This document shows positions 46,511 to 55,259 of a stretch of DNA of 64,000 bases, in pieces. Location of the stretch: positions 129,094-193,093 of the forward strand of contig JBBABB010000001.1 of NCBI GenBank assembly GCA_041657885.1, read 5' to 3'. The first letter of the stretch is position 1; every line of letters starts with the position of its first letter. The notes under the pieces were generated by a model that made no database searches, was not told the origin of the DNA, and was given only the letters and a program-made list of their open reading frames with translations. The stretch is from Minisyncoccota bacterium (GTDB lineage Bacteria > Patescibacteriota > Minisyncoccia > Phycocordibacterales > UBA9973). The position numbers and the translations under genes were made by a program.

Positions 46511-47698
46511 ATGGGATTTTTATTTGGAAAAGAAAAAAAGGAACACATTGTTGCAATTTTTGATATAGGGTCAGGAAGTGTTGGCGGGGCTATTGTACGT
46601 ATACCTACAGATGATAAGGGGGTGCCTGCGATATTAAAATCTGTCCGTAATGACATAAAATTTCATAAAGATAAAGATTTTAATTTTAATTTATTTATGA
46701 AAGATATGATTTTAGCACTTGGTGGAGCAGCTAATGCTTTATATCAAAAAAAAGCTGGCGCGCCAGATGAAATATTTTGTGTACTTGCATCGCCATGGTA
46801 TTTATCTGAAACTAGAATTATAAAAATGAAGAGAAAAAAACCTTTTATTTTTACAAAACATTTGGCAACTGAATTAATTCAAAAAGAAATATCTGGCCTT
46901 ACAGAATCTTATAAGGATAAATATGGTAGCTTAAATACTTCTCCTGAATTGATAGAGCAACACACTATGGCTGTGTCACTCAATGGATATGCAATTGAAG
47001 ACCCACTAGGCAAGAAATGTGATTTTCTTGAAATGAATATGGTGATGTCTTTGGTCCCTAAATTATGTTTAGATGAAATACGCGAAACCCTATCAAAAAC
47101 ATTTCACCACACAAGTGTCAGTTTCTCTTCTTTTACAGTGGCTACTTATTTGGCAGTGAGAGATAGATATGTAATTCCAGATTCATATCTATTGCTTGAT
47201 ATCAGTGGAGAGATAACAGATGTTGGTATTGTTACAAAAGGAGTTTTAAAATCAGTACTATCATTTCCTTTTGGAAAGAAAACTTTTTTCAATTATATGT
47301 GCACTAAACTAGAAATTGAGTTACGCGATGCGCAGGAAATTTTTAAACTTTATAGTGAAGGTAATCTTTCTTCTGAATTTAAGAAAAAAGTAATTCCTCT
47401 TTTTGAATCAATTGAAAATTCTTGGGGTGAAGCTTTCAGACAATGTATAATCACTCTTCCTCGAACACTTATTCTTCCTAGCACCATATTTTTAACTGCA
47501 GATAATGATATAAAAAATTGGTTTGCTGATGTTTTAAAAAACCAAGAATATATTCAATCTATGGTTTCTGGTAACAAGTGCACTGTGGTAACTCTAAATG
47601 GACCTGAGTTTTTAAATATGTGTAATATTGAGGAGGGCGCATGTGATCCATTTTTAATGATAGAAGCCATAGCGATAATGAGAAAAATGGGTAAATAA
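46511..47698 (+). CDS. Hypothetical actin-like ATPase-fold protein (PilM/FtsA-like N-terminus)
   Basis: IVAIFDIGSGSVGGAIVRI resembles ASKHA-fold phosphate-1 motif. GGGTATAAT 9 nt upstream. Confidence 0.3.
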   Translation: MGFLFGKEKKEHIVAIFDIGSGSVGGAIVRIPTDDKGVPAILKSVRNDIKFHKDKDFNFNLFMKDMILALGGAANALYQKKAGAPDEIFCVLASPWYLSETRIIKMKRKKPFIFTKHLATELIQKEISGLTESYKDKYGSLNTSPELIEQHTMAVSLNGYAIEDPLGKKCDFLEMNMVMSLVPKLCLDEIRETLSKTFHHTSVSFSSFTVATYLAVRDRYVIPDSYLLLDISGEITDVGIVTKGVLKSVLSFPFGKKTFFNYMCTKLEIELRDAQEIFKLYSEGNLSSEFKKKVIPLFESIENSWGEAFRQCIITLPRTLILPSTIFLTADNDIKNWFADVLKNQEYIQSMVSGNKCTVVTLNGPEFLNMCNIEEGACDPFLMIEAIAIMRKMGK

Positions 47699-47699
47699 T

Positions 47700-48980
47700 A
47701 TGGCAAGAATTATTTTAGAAGATATAAAACTAAAAAAGGAAAAAAAACAAATCATCATTAAAAAAGAGGTTCTATCTTCTAATAGACAAAGATTACAAAG
47801 AACACCCCAAGTAAAAACCAAATCCAGAGTATTAAATAAATATGTCCTTATAATTTTCATTCTAGTAATTATTATTGGGGGAATTTATTGGGCTGGAAAT
47901 TTCTTTCAAAAAGCGGATATAACTTTAACTTCCAAACATCAACTTATTACTTATAATAATAAGCAATTTACCGCTTCAAAAAATTCAAATGATAATGCAA
48001 TTGATTTTGAAATAATGATTACTTCCGATAAGAAAACAAAAAACATTATATTAACAGAGCCAAAAGATGTATCAATAAAGGCCACGGGGAGTATAACCTT
48101 ATATAATGAATTTAGCATTACCCCCCAAAAATTATTAGCAGGAACATTTCTTTCAGATAGTAGTGGTAAGGCATACAAGACAGATACCACAGTTATTATT
48201 CCGGGATATAAAACAGATAGTAGTAAAAAAATAATTCCTGGACAGATAGTTGTCAACATAAGTTCTTTTCTTGCAGGAGAAACTTACAATGGATCTACGG
48301 CAGATTTTTATATAAATTCTTTTAAAGGAACTACAAAATATAATAAAATTTATGGAAAATTAAAAAGCCCACTTGTAGGGGGTGTTTCAGGGTTGGTCTA
48401 TACATTAAATGATAAAGATAAAATCAATATTGATAAAATTGCGCAATCTTCTTTTAAAGGAGATTTATCTCGACAAGTTCTAGCACAAGTTCCACCTGGG
48501 TATATATTGTATCCAAATGCTATGACCTTTTCTTATAAGATAGGAGATAATAGTGTTTTTTCTAAAACTCCGGAAGCAGAAGTTCTGATTGAAGGAGTTT
48601 TGTCTGTTGTTTTATTGAAAGAGAAAAGTCTGCTAGATAATATAATTAAAGTTTCTCTGCCAGAAATTAAAGGAGAAGAATTGAAAGAAATTAAAATTCC
48701 AGATTTAAGTAAACTTTCTTTTAGTTTTACCAACAAAGACCAACTTATCACAAAAGATATGAATTCGCTCTCTTTCTTTTTTACAGGTGAATTAGATGCT
48801 ATATGGAATCCAAACAAAGAATTGCTCAAGACAAAATTAATAGGAATCTCTAAAAATGACGTTTTGCCAATCTTTCGCCTTGACCCCGGAATTTCATCCG
48901 CACTCGTCAAAATATTTCCACCATGGCAGAAATATATTCCAAATGACTTGTCAAAAATTAATATTATAGTTGACGAATAA
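47700..48980 (+). CDS. Hypothetical bitopic membrane protein
   Basis: Single TM after about 50 aa; overlaps/abuts the upstream gene. Confidence 0.3.
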   Translation: MARIILEDIKLKKEKKQIIIKKEVLSSNRQRLQRTPQVKTKSRVLNKYVLIIFILVIIIGGIYWAGNFFQKADITLTSKHQLITYNNKQFTASKNSNDNAIDFEIMITSDKKTKNIILTEPKDVSIKATGSITLYNEFSITPQKLLAGTFLSDSSGKAYKTDTTVIIPGYKTDSSKKIIPGQIVVNISSFLAGETYNGSTADFYINSFKGTTKYNKIYGKLKSPLVGGVSGLVYTLNDKDKINIDKIAQSSFKGDLSRQVLAQVPPGYILYPNAMTFSYKIGDNSVFSKTPEAEVLIEGVLSVVLLKEKSLLDNIIKVSLPEIKGEELKEIKIPDLSKLSFSFTNKDQLITKDMNSLSFFFTGELDAIWNPNKELLKTKLIGISKNDVLPIFRLDPGISSALVKIFPPWQKYIPNDLSKINIIVDE

Positions 48981-49010
48981 TTCTTTTTTTGTTATACTAA
49001 ACAAGCATTA

Positions 49011-49226
49011 ATGAATCAAAAAGACGACAAAAATATTGTTATAGGAACTGTTACTGAGGCTCTTCCTAATACTCTTTTTAGAGTTGATATAGGGAATGGG
49101 AAAATAATTATTTCTTATCTTGCTGGTAAAATGCGTATACATAGGATAAAAGTATTAGTTGGAGACAAGGTTGAAGTACTCCTTGATCCTTATGGTGGTA
49201 AAGGTAGGATCGTTAAAAGGAATTAG
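49011..49226 (+). CDS. infA: Translation initiation factor IF-1
   Basis: GTVTEALPNTLFRVDIGNGKII...GKMR...VGDKVEV. Confidence 0.9.
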   Translation: MNQKDDKNIVIGTVTEALPNTLFRVDIGNGKIIISYLAGKMRIHRIKVLVGDKVEVLLDPYGGKGRIVKRN

Positions 49227-49229
49227 GCT

Positions 49230-49302
49230 TGCCCCCACACCTATATTTTTATAGTTTTCAACGCAGGTTTTAACCTGCAATAAAAATATAGGTGTGGGGG
49301 CT
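49230..49302. repeat. Long hairpin element (22-bp arms gcccccacacctatatttttat / ataaaaatataggtgtgggggc with nested hairpin) flanked by cttgc direct repeats
   Basis: Perfect inverted repeat immediately 3' of infA. Confidence 0.6.
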
Positions 49303-49400
49303 TGCTTATTTTATTAAAGTAGTGTATTATGAAAGGATATATGCTTACGTAAAAATACAGGGTGATAGCCCTATATTTTTCTTTAGCATTTAGATAAAGC

Positions 49401-49511
49401 ATGAAAATTAGATCTGCAGTTAAGAAAATTTGTACGAAATGTAAATTGATTAAGCGAAGTGGTCATCTTCGTGTTATTTGTTCTAATCCTAAACACAAAC
49501 AAAAACAATAA
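49401..49511 (+). CDS. rpmJ: 50S ribosomal protein L36
   Basis: [36 protein letters not shown] (short, absent from the ORF track). Confidence 0.85.
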   Translation: MKIRSAVKKICTKCKLIKRSGHLRVICSNPKHKQKQ

Positions 49512-49517
49512 TTTTAT

Positions 49518-49898
49518 ATGAGAATTTTCGGTATAACTATTCCAAATAATAAACATTTAGATGTAGGTTTAACATGCCTCTATGGTATAGGTATCTCTCG
49601 CGCCAGGAAAATTTTAGCTCAAGCTGACATTGCTCGAAACATTAAAGGTGATGCTCTGACTGTAGAACAAGAAAACGCAATACGAAAAATAATAGAAACA
49701 ATGTCCATAGAAGGTGGACTTAAACGTGAAGTTGCTTCAAATATAAAAAGATTAAAAGATATTAAAGCATATAGAGGGGTAAGACATATGCGCCGATTAC
49801 CTGTTCGTGGACAAAGAACAAAGACCAATTCCCGCACAGTCAGAGGCAATGTTCGTAAGACTATGGGTAGTGGTAGAAGAAAAGCAGAAAAGACTTAA
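49518..49898 (+). CDS. rpsM: 30S ribosomal protein S13
   Basis: MRIFGITIPNNKHLDVGLTCLYGIGISRA. Confidence 0.95.
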   Translation: MRIFGITIPNNKHLDVGLTCLYGIGISRARKILAQADIARNIKGDALTVEQENAIRKIIETMSIEGGLKREVASNIKRLKDIKAYRGVRHMRRLPVRGQRTKTNSRTVRGNVRKTMGSGRRKAEKT

Positions 49899-49970
49899 AA
49901 CCAGGTTACAGGGAATAGGTTATAGGTTATAGAGATTAATTCACTATAACCCATAACCTACCAAAATTAT

Positions 49971-50420
49971 ATGGGAAAGATAAAAATTATAACAAAAAAA
50001 GAAGAAGAAACGGAAATCTCTGAAAAGGTGATAGAGAATACTCCGAAACCAGGCGTGAAAGTTCCAAAGAAAAAAATTGTTTCAGGTACTTTACATGTAG
50101 AGGCCACTTTTAATAATACAAAAGTTGTTTTATCTGACAAAGAAGGAAATACTTTATTCTGGACTTCTGCTGGGGCCTTGGGGTTTAAGGGAGCCAAAAA
50201 GGGCACACCTTTTGCCGCCTCGAAAGCTGGCGCTGTCATAGGAGAAAAAGCTAAAGCACTCGGGGTTAAAGAAGTTGATGTCAAAGTAAAGGGAGTAGGT
50301 AGTGGTCGTGAGCCTACAATTCGTGCTTTTATGGCTTATGACATAGATATTACAGGAGTTAATGATGTCACTCCAGTTCCTCACAACGGACCAAAACCTA
50401 AAAAACCAAGAAGAGTATAA
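49971..50420 (+). CDS. rpsK: 30S ribosomal protein S11
   Basis: HVEATFNNTKVVLSDKEGNTLFWTSAG...GFKGAKKGTPFAA. Confidence 0.9.
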   Translation: MGKIKIITKKEEETEISEKVIENTPKPGVKVPKKKIVSGTLHVEATFNNTKVVLSDKEGNTLFWTSAGALGFKGAKKGTPFAASKAGAVIGEKAKALGVKEVDVKVKGVGSGREPTIRAFMAYDIDITGVNDVTPVPHNGPKPKKPRRV

Positions 50421-50434
50421 ATACTTGAAAAATT

Positions 50435-51043
50435 ATGAAACCTGTTAAAAAATATAAAATTGGGAGAAGATTAGGTTCAGGTGTGTTTGAAAAATGTCAA
50501 ACAACTAAGTTTGCTATGTCAGAAGCGCGTCACGCTAAAAATGCAAAAAATAAACGTCCCAAACCCCTTTCTGGTTATGCTCAGCAATTTATAGAAAAAC
50601 AAAAGGTTCGTTTTATGTATGGCATAAGTGAACGTCAATTCTCAAATTATATTAAAGAAGCTGTTGCACATAAAGGTACAACGGCTACCGAATATCTTTT
50701 TGAATTATTAGAAAACCGATTAGACAATGTTGTTTATAGATTGGGTTTGACTCACTCTCGTCGTCTTTCTCGTCAAATGGTTTCTCATGGTCATATTACT
50801 GTTAATGGAAAGAAAACAACTGTAGCGTCTCAACGTGTGAAAGTTGGAGATATAATAGCAGTCCGAGAAGGAAGCAAAAAGAGCGTACTCTTTTCCGATA
50901 TGGTTAACAAAATGAAAGAATATACTTGTCCAAACTGGTTGACATTTAATGCAGAGAGTCTTTCAGGAAAAATACAAGGTAAGCCTAAAAATATTGAGGG
51001 ATATATAGACCTCAATACAGTGTTAGAGTTTTATAGTCGTTAA
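50435..51043 (+). CDS. rpsD: 30S ribosomal protein S4
   Basis: LENRLDNVVYRLG...SRRLSRQMVSHGHITVNGKK. Confidence 0.9.
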   Translation: MKPVKKYKIGRRLGSGVFEKCQTTKFAMSEARHAKNAKNKRPKPLSGYAQQFIEKQKVRFMYGISERQFSNYIKEAVAHKGTTATEYLFELLENRLDNVVYRLGLTHSRRLSRQMVSHGHITVNGKKTTVASQRVKVGDIIAVREGSKKSVLFSDMVNKMKEYTCPNWLTFNAESLSGKIQGKPKNIEGYIDLNTVLEFYSR

Positions 51044-51111
51044 GAGTAGCGTATGGTTAATTTTTAATAAATAATAATGAAGGCCTACAGTCTTCCAAAT
51101 ATCATATATCT

Positions 51112-52092
51112 ATGTCTGATTTAAATATTATATTACCATCAAAATTATCTATTGTCTCTGAAGCAGACAATAAAGGTGTCTATGAGATAGATGGTCTTTA
51201 TCCTGGGTATGGACACACCTTGGGTAATTCACTTCGCCGTATTATATTGTCATCTTTAACAGGTGCTGCCATTACATCTTTAAAAATAGATGGAGTAGAC
51301 CATGAATTTTCAGTTATTGATGGAGTAAAAGAGGATGTTATTACAATACTTCTTCATCTCAAACAAATTCGTTTTCGTTTAAATACTGATGAACCTCAAA
51401 CGGTTCGTCTTCACGTAAAAGGTCCTAAGCAAATCACAGCAAGTGATATAGAAGTAGGAGGTCAAGTAGAAGTTTTAAATGGTGATTTATACATTGCAGA
51501 AGTTACTGGTAAAAATGCTCTTTCTATAGAAATGACGGTGGAAAAAGGTTTAGGATTTCTTCCAAAGGAAATGCATCAAAAAACAAAAAACGAAGTAGGA
51601 ATTATATCTCTCGATGCAATATTCACTCCTATTCGTCGCGTAGCTTATGAAGTTGAGAATATGCGTGTTGGTGATAAAACAAACCACAATCGTCTACGTA
51701 TGACAATCGAAACTGATGGAACACTCTCTCCACGTGAAGCACTTGAAAAAGCTATCACAATTATGGTAGAACAATTACAATCCATTGTTGGTTTTACTAT
51801 TTCTCATAAAACTATTGAAAAAGAGACCGGGAAAGAAGAATCAAAAAAGGATGAAAAAGAAGAATCAAAAAAAGGAGAAAGTAATGAGTTTACAGATATA
51901 TTAAAAACCAGGATTGATACTCTTGATTTATCAACTCGCACACTTAACGCTTTAACTGATGCAAATATCAGAACAATAGGAGGAGTAGCAAGAAAGAAAA
52001 AAGAAGATTTATTAGAAATTGAGGGAATCGGTGATAAAGGTATCCAAGAGATCAAGAAAGTTCTCGGAGTGTACGGAATAACCCTAAAATAA
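51112..52092 (+). CDS. rpoA: DNA-directed RNA polymerase alpha subunit
   Basis: GYGHTLGNSLRRILLSSLTGAA; C-terminal alpha-CTD HhH region. Confidence 0.9.
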   Translation: MSDLNIILPSKLSIVSEADNKGVYEIDGLYPGYGHTLGNSLRRIILSSLTGAAITSLKIDGVDHEFSVIDGVKEDVITILLHLKQIRFRLNTDEPQTVRLHVKGPKQITASDIEVGGQVEVLNGDLYIAEVTGKNALSIEMTVEKGLGFLPKEMHQKTKNEVGIISLDAIFTPIRRVAYEVENMRVGDKTNHNRLRMTIETDGTLSPREALEKAITIMVEQLQSIVGFTISHKTIEKETGKEESKKDEKEESKKGESNEFTDILKTRIDTLDLSTRTLNALTDANIRTIGGVARKKKEDLLEIEGIGDKGIQEIKKVLGVYGITLK

Positions 52093-52115
52093 TTAAGAAT
52101 TAAGAATTAAGAAAT

Positions 52116-52469
52116 ATGCGACACCATAATAACATTAGAAAATTTGGAAGAACTAGAAGTCAACGCAATGCCTTATTGAAGGGTCTTATGCTTGCGCTTA
52201 TTGCTCATGGAAAAATAGAAACTACAGAAGCTAAGGCTAAAGAACTCCGTCCTGCAATAGAAAAAATGATTACAAAGGCAAATGTTGGAACTCTTGCCTC
52301 ACGTCGTTTAGTTATTTCACGTTTATACAATCTTACTGCCGAAGCAAATAAGTTAATCAATGAGATAGCCCCAAAATACAAAAATCGTACAGGTGGTTAT
52401 ACTCGCATTACCAAGCTCCCACGTCGAGGGGGAGATGCAAGTAAAATGGCAGTAATAGAGTTTGTTTAA
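52116..52469 (+). CDS. rplQ: 50S ribosomal protein L17
   Basis: MRHHNNIRKFGRTRSQRNALLKGL. Confidence 0.9.
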   Translation: MRHHNNIRKFGRTRSQRNALLKGLMLALIAHGKIETTEAKAKELRPAIEKMITKANVGTLASRRLVISRLYNLTAEANKLINEIAPKYKNRTGGYTRITKLPRRGGDASKMAVIEFV

Positions 52470-52491
52470 TTAGTAATAAGTAATTATTAAA

Positions 52492-52842
52492 ATGGCTACT
52501 ACATATACAATTGATGCGAGTGGGAAAGTATTTGGTCGTGTTGCAAGCGAGGTTGCGAAGAATCTTATGGGTAAAAATTTACCAGATTACACAGCAAATA
52601 AAGTCGCTGATGTAAAGGTCATAATCATAAATGCAAGTAAGACAAAAATGACAGAACGACGCATGAATGAAACTTTACACGAAAGATACTCTGGACAACC
52701 CGGAGGTTTTAAACAAGAAACAAATGCTAAGATTTTAGAGAAAAAGGGATGGATAGGTTTGTATGAATTAGCCGTCTATGGAATGTTACCATCAAACAAA
52801 TTAAGACCGCTTATGATGAAGCGTTTAATAATAAAAGATTAA
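52492..52842 (+). CDS. rplM: 50S ribosomal protein L13 (short form)
   Basis: ATTYTIDASGKVFGRVASEVAKNLMGK. Confidence 0.85.
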   Translation: MATTYTIDASGKVFGRVASEVAKNLMGKNLPDYTANKVADVKVIIINASKTKMTERRMNETLHERYSGQPGGFKQETNAKILEKKGWIGLYELAVYGMLPSNKLRPLMMKRLIIKD

Positions 52843-52852
52843 TAAATATATT

Positions 52853-53314
52853 ATGGAAAAAAAAGCAACAAAAACAACAAAACCTGCCCGCAGTGCTTCG
52901 AGCACAGCTCGTGCAGGCGGGGAAAAGAAATATGTTAGAGCTATTGGTCGTCGTAAGACAGCTGTAGCCGTTGTTCGTCTTTATAAAGCAACAAAAAATT
53001 CATATTCTATAAATGGAAAAGATTTAACCGAATATTTTAAAACAGCTGACTTGAAAAAGATTGTAACTTCTGCATTTGAAACAGCCGTACCAGTAGGGAA
53101 ATTTGAAGTTGTTGTCACAACCAAAGGTGGTGGAATTCATTCACAAGCTGAAGCGGTTCGCCATGGTATATCCCGCGCATTAGTATTACATGATGGAGAA
53201 CTTCGTCATGTTCTTAAGAAAGCCAAAATGCTTAAACGTGACCCTCGTCAAGTTGAACGTAAAAAATTCGGGCTCAAGAAAGCAAGAAAGTCACCGCAGT
53301 GGTCTAAACGATAA
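52853..53314 (+). CDS. rpsI: 30S ribosomal protein S9 with N-terminal extension containing a family-E-like element
   Basis: YVRAIGRRKTAVAVVRL...GGGIHSQAEAVRHGISRAL...ERKK.GLKKARK..QWSKR. Extension encodes KPARSASSTARAGGEKK. Confidence 0.9.
   Translation: MEKKATKTTKPARSASSTARAGGEKKYVRAIGRRKTAVAVVRLYKATKNSYSINGKDLTEYFKTADLKKIVTSAFETAVPVGKFEVVVTTKGGGIHSQAEAVRHGISRALVLHDGELRHVLKKAKMLKRDPRQVERKKFGLKKARKSPQWSKR
52883..52923. repeat. Family E variant element (shared termini cctgcccgc ... caggcgggga, different palindromic core) in frame in rpsI 5' end
   Basis: Termini identical to the typA/mnmA element; core gtgcttcgagcac is a palindrome. Confidence 0.65.
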
Positions 53315-53319
53315 TAAGA

Positions 53320-53347
53320 AAAACTCCCCGTTCCGGGGAGTTTTTTG
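53320..53347 (+). terminator. Rho-independent terminator (ctcccc-gttcc-ggggag + T6) ending the ribosomal operon
   Basis: Stem-loop + tttttt after rpsI. Confidence 0.75.
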
Positions 53348-53373
53348 TTAGGTGTTGCTTTAATTACAAAAAG

Positions 53374-53652
53374 TTGTACAATTTTAAGAAACTAAAAATG
53401 GAGGGTATTATGAGTCATGAAATTGGAGTTGATATGAGGTCTGATTCTGAAAAACAAACCTCATTTTACAAGGGGATAAAAACAGTGCAAAAAATAAAGT
53501 GTGGCACAAGCGGATGTGAATATGAAAGTTCTTATCGATTCCGCATTTGTCCCCATTGCAAAAAAATCGATAACTTGTATGAAAAACCTACCGCAAAAGA
53601 AGGAGTGTCTGACCCCGAACTTGAGGGATATAATGGGTTCATACACAAATAA
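53374..53652 (+). CDS. Hypothetical zinc-ribbon protein (CxxxxC...CPHC) upstream of grpE
   Basis: KCGTSGCEYE...RICPHCKK four-Cys arrangement. Confidence 0.3.
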   Translation: MYNFKKLKMEGIMSHEIGVDMRSDSEKQTSFYKGIKTVQKIKCGTSGCEYESSYRFRICPHCKKIDNLYEKPTAKEGVSDPELEGYNGFIHK

Positions 53653-53735
53653 CATTTACAGGAGACAATTTCGATGAAAGTGTCTCCTGTTTTTAATTTT
53701 GCAAAATTGCATATTTTTTGTATACTAGTATCAAT

Positions 53736-54368
53736 ATGGATGAAGAAGAAATATCCGCCTCCGCTAAAAGCTACGGCGAGACAAAGGAAAATAAAATTGC
53801 AAATGAAGAAGATGAAACTGGTGAGAATTTTATTGACCTTGATGTTGTTGAGAGTACTGAAGATGGGGAAGAATTACCAGTGAAGGATGTCACAAAAAAA
53901 CTTCGCCAAGAAATAAAGAAACTCCAAAAAGAAAAAGAGGAATATTTGACTGGTTGGCAGAGAGCAAAAGCTGACTATATCAACCTCCAGAAAGAGCTCG
54001 ACCTCGTTCGGGTTAATGTTTCAATTTTAACGAGAGAAAAAATGACAGAAAAATTATTGCCTACCCTTGATAGTTTTGAGATGGCTTTCGCCAATAAAGA
54101 ACACTGGGAGAAAATAGATAAAGATTGGCAAGATGGAATTACTTCTATTTATCAGCAATTTATATCAGGGCTAGCCAATTCTGGAATTGAAAAAATAGAA
54201 GAGGCAGAAATTCCATTTGACCCAAATATTCACCAGTCAATAAGCGTGACTGAGACTAATGATGAATCAAAAAATCACACCGTAGAAAAAATACTCCAAG
54301 TTGGGTACAAAATAGGCGAGCGTGTTATCCGCCCAGCGAAAGTAACAATTTACGATTATAAGAAATAA
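53736..54368 (+). CDS. grpE: Nucleotide exchange factor GrpE
   Basis: C-terminal ...IEEAEIPFDPNIHQSISV...GYKIGERVIRPAKV matches GrpE. ATG at 53736 (TGTATACT 9 nt upstream); the ORF track starts at a TTG. Confidence 0.8.
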   Translation: MDEEEISASAKSYGETKENKIANEEDETGENFIDLDVVESTEDGEELPVKDVTKKLRQEIKKLQKEKEEYLTGWQRAKADYINLQKELDLVRVNVSILTREKMTEKLLPTLDSFEMAFANKEHWEKIDKDWQDGITSIYQQFISGLANSGIEKIEEAEIPFDPNIHQSISVTETNDESKNHTVEKILQVGYKIGERVIRPAKVTIYDYKK

Positions 54369-54370
54369 TA

Positions 54371-54455
54371 GTCGTTCCGCAGGATTATTAAAATTATTCG
54401 CGTTTTACCCAGAGTACTGGGTCCTACGCGACTCATAATTTAAACAATCCTGCTT
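54371..54455. repeat. About 90-bp multi-stem structured repeat (family D, copy 1) 3' of grpE
   Basis: gtcgttccgcaggattattaaaattattcgcgttttacccagagtactgggtcctacgcgactc...aatcctgc; near-identical copy at 57162..57248. Confidence 0.7.
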
Positions 54456-54461
54456 CACTAA

Positions 54462-55007
54462 TTATTTACACGATGAGAGAAATTCTTTTTTGGTGGCTTC
54501 GTCAATTTTATCCGTTACAATAATCATCATTTCTGATGTGAGGTTTAAATCTTTTTTAATATTTATAAAAAGATGCTCATATGGATATATTGAAACCCAA
54601 ACAGAATTTTTTATACAAATAAATCCAGCTTTTTTAAGAAGATATCGAAGAGCTTCGCGTTCGCTTTTTCTTTCTTCAGGAAGGTCAAGAATGATTATTC
54701 TCCAATAGCCGTCCCAATTATTAGAAACAAGAGCTGTATCATCATCTAAAGCATTATTATTAAGACGCTTTTTACCCTCTTCTGATAGTCGGAAATATGG
54801 TTGGTAGTCCGACTGGAAACACTCTACAAGCCCGTCTGACGCTAGATTCTTTATAGAACGGGATATTGCATATTCTGGCCTATTTTTGCTTGTATAGACG
54901 CCTTTTATTGTATTTTCAACCTCTTTTTTAAGAGAATCGAAAGAAACTGCCTTTTTTCTGGCTAGGGTTTTGAAAATTGCCTTCTGGATTGATGATTTTT
55001 TCTCCAT
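54462..55007 (-). CDS. PaaX-like winged-helix regulator paralog, antisense between grpE and dnaK
   Basis: WDGYWRIIILDLPEERKSEREALRYLLKKAGFICIKNSVWVSIYP (PaaX_C pattern). Start at MEKKS (55007), with TGATATAAT 7 nt upstream on the minus strand. Confidence 0.5.
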   Translation of the reverse strand: MEKKSSIQKAIFKTLARKKAVSFDSLKKEVENTIKGVYTSKNRPEYAISRSIKNLASDGLVECFQSDYQPYFRLSEEGKKRLNNNALDDDTALVSNNWDGYWRIIILDLPEERKSEREALRYLLKKAGFICIKNSVWVSIYPYEHLFINIKKDLNLTSEMMIIVTDKIDEATKKEFLSSCK

Positions 55008-55219
55008 GTTGACAATTATATCACTATAATATATATTACACAATAATTTCGTGGTCACGAAATACTTGTCAAAAATAAAAGATGAGTATATAATTGGTTT
55101 AGATTCTCCTCTTGAGGAGTACCCGTAGGGGGAGGTGGAGTATTCAAATGCATCCACCCCGGCTTTCAGCCACCCCTCAAGAGGGGAATTAATACAAAAT
55201 TATTAATAATTAAAAATAG

Positions 55220-55251
55220 CCGCCTACGCTTGAAGCTATGGCGAGCCAAAG
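55220..55251 (+). promoter_or_regulatory. Conserved 32-nt GC-rich motif ccgcctacgcttgaagctatggcgagccaaag 8 nt upstream of dnaK (copies at 53753..53784 in grpE 5' end and 42686..42716 upstream of mnmA)
   Basis: Three-way alignment conserved at nucleotide level in different reading frames or none. Confidence 0.5.
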
Positions 55252-55259
55252 AAAAATAT

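Noticed and set aside
53674-53883. 69-aa ORF overlapping the grpE 5' end in another frame
   Set aside because: Low-complexity K/L-rich translation. It overlaps well-supported grpE and the conserved 32-nt motif; likely a shadow ORF.
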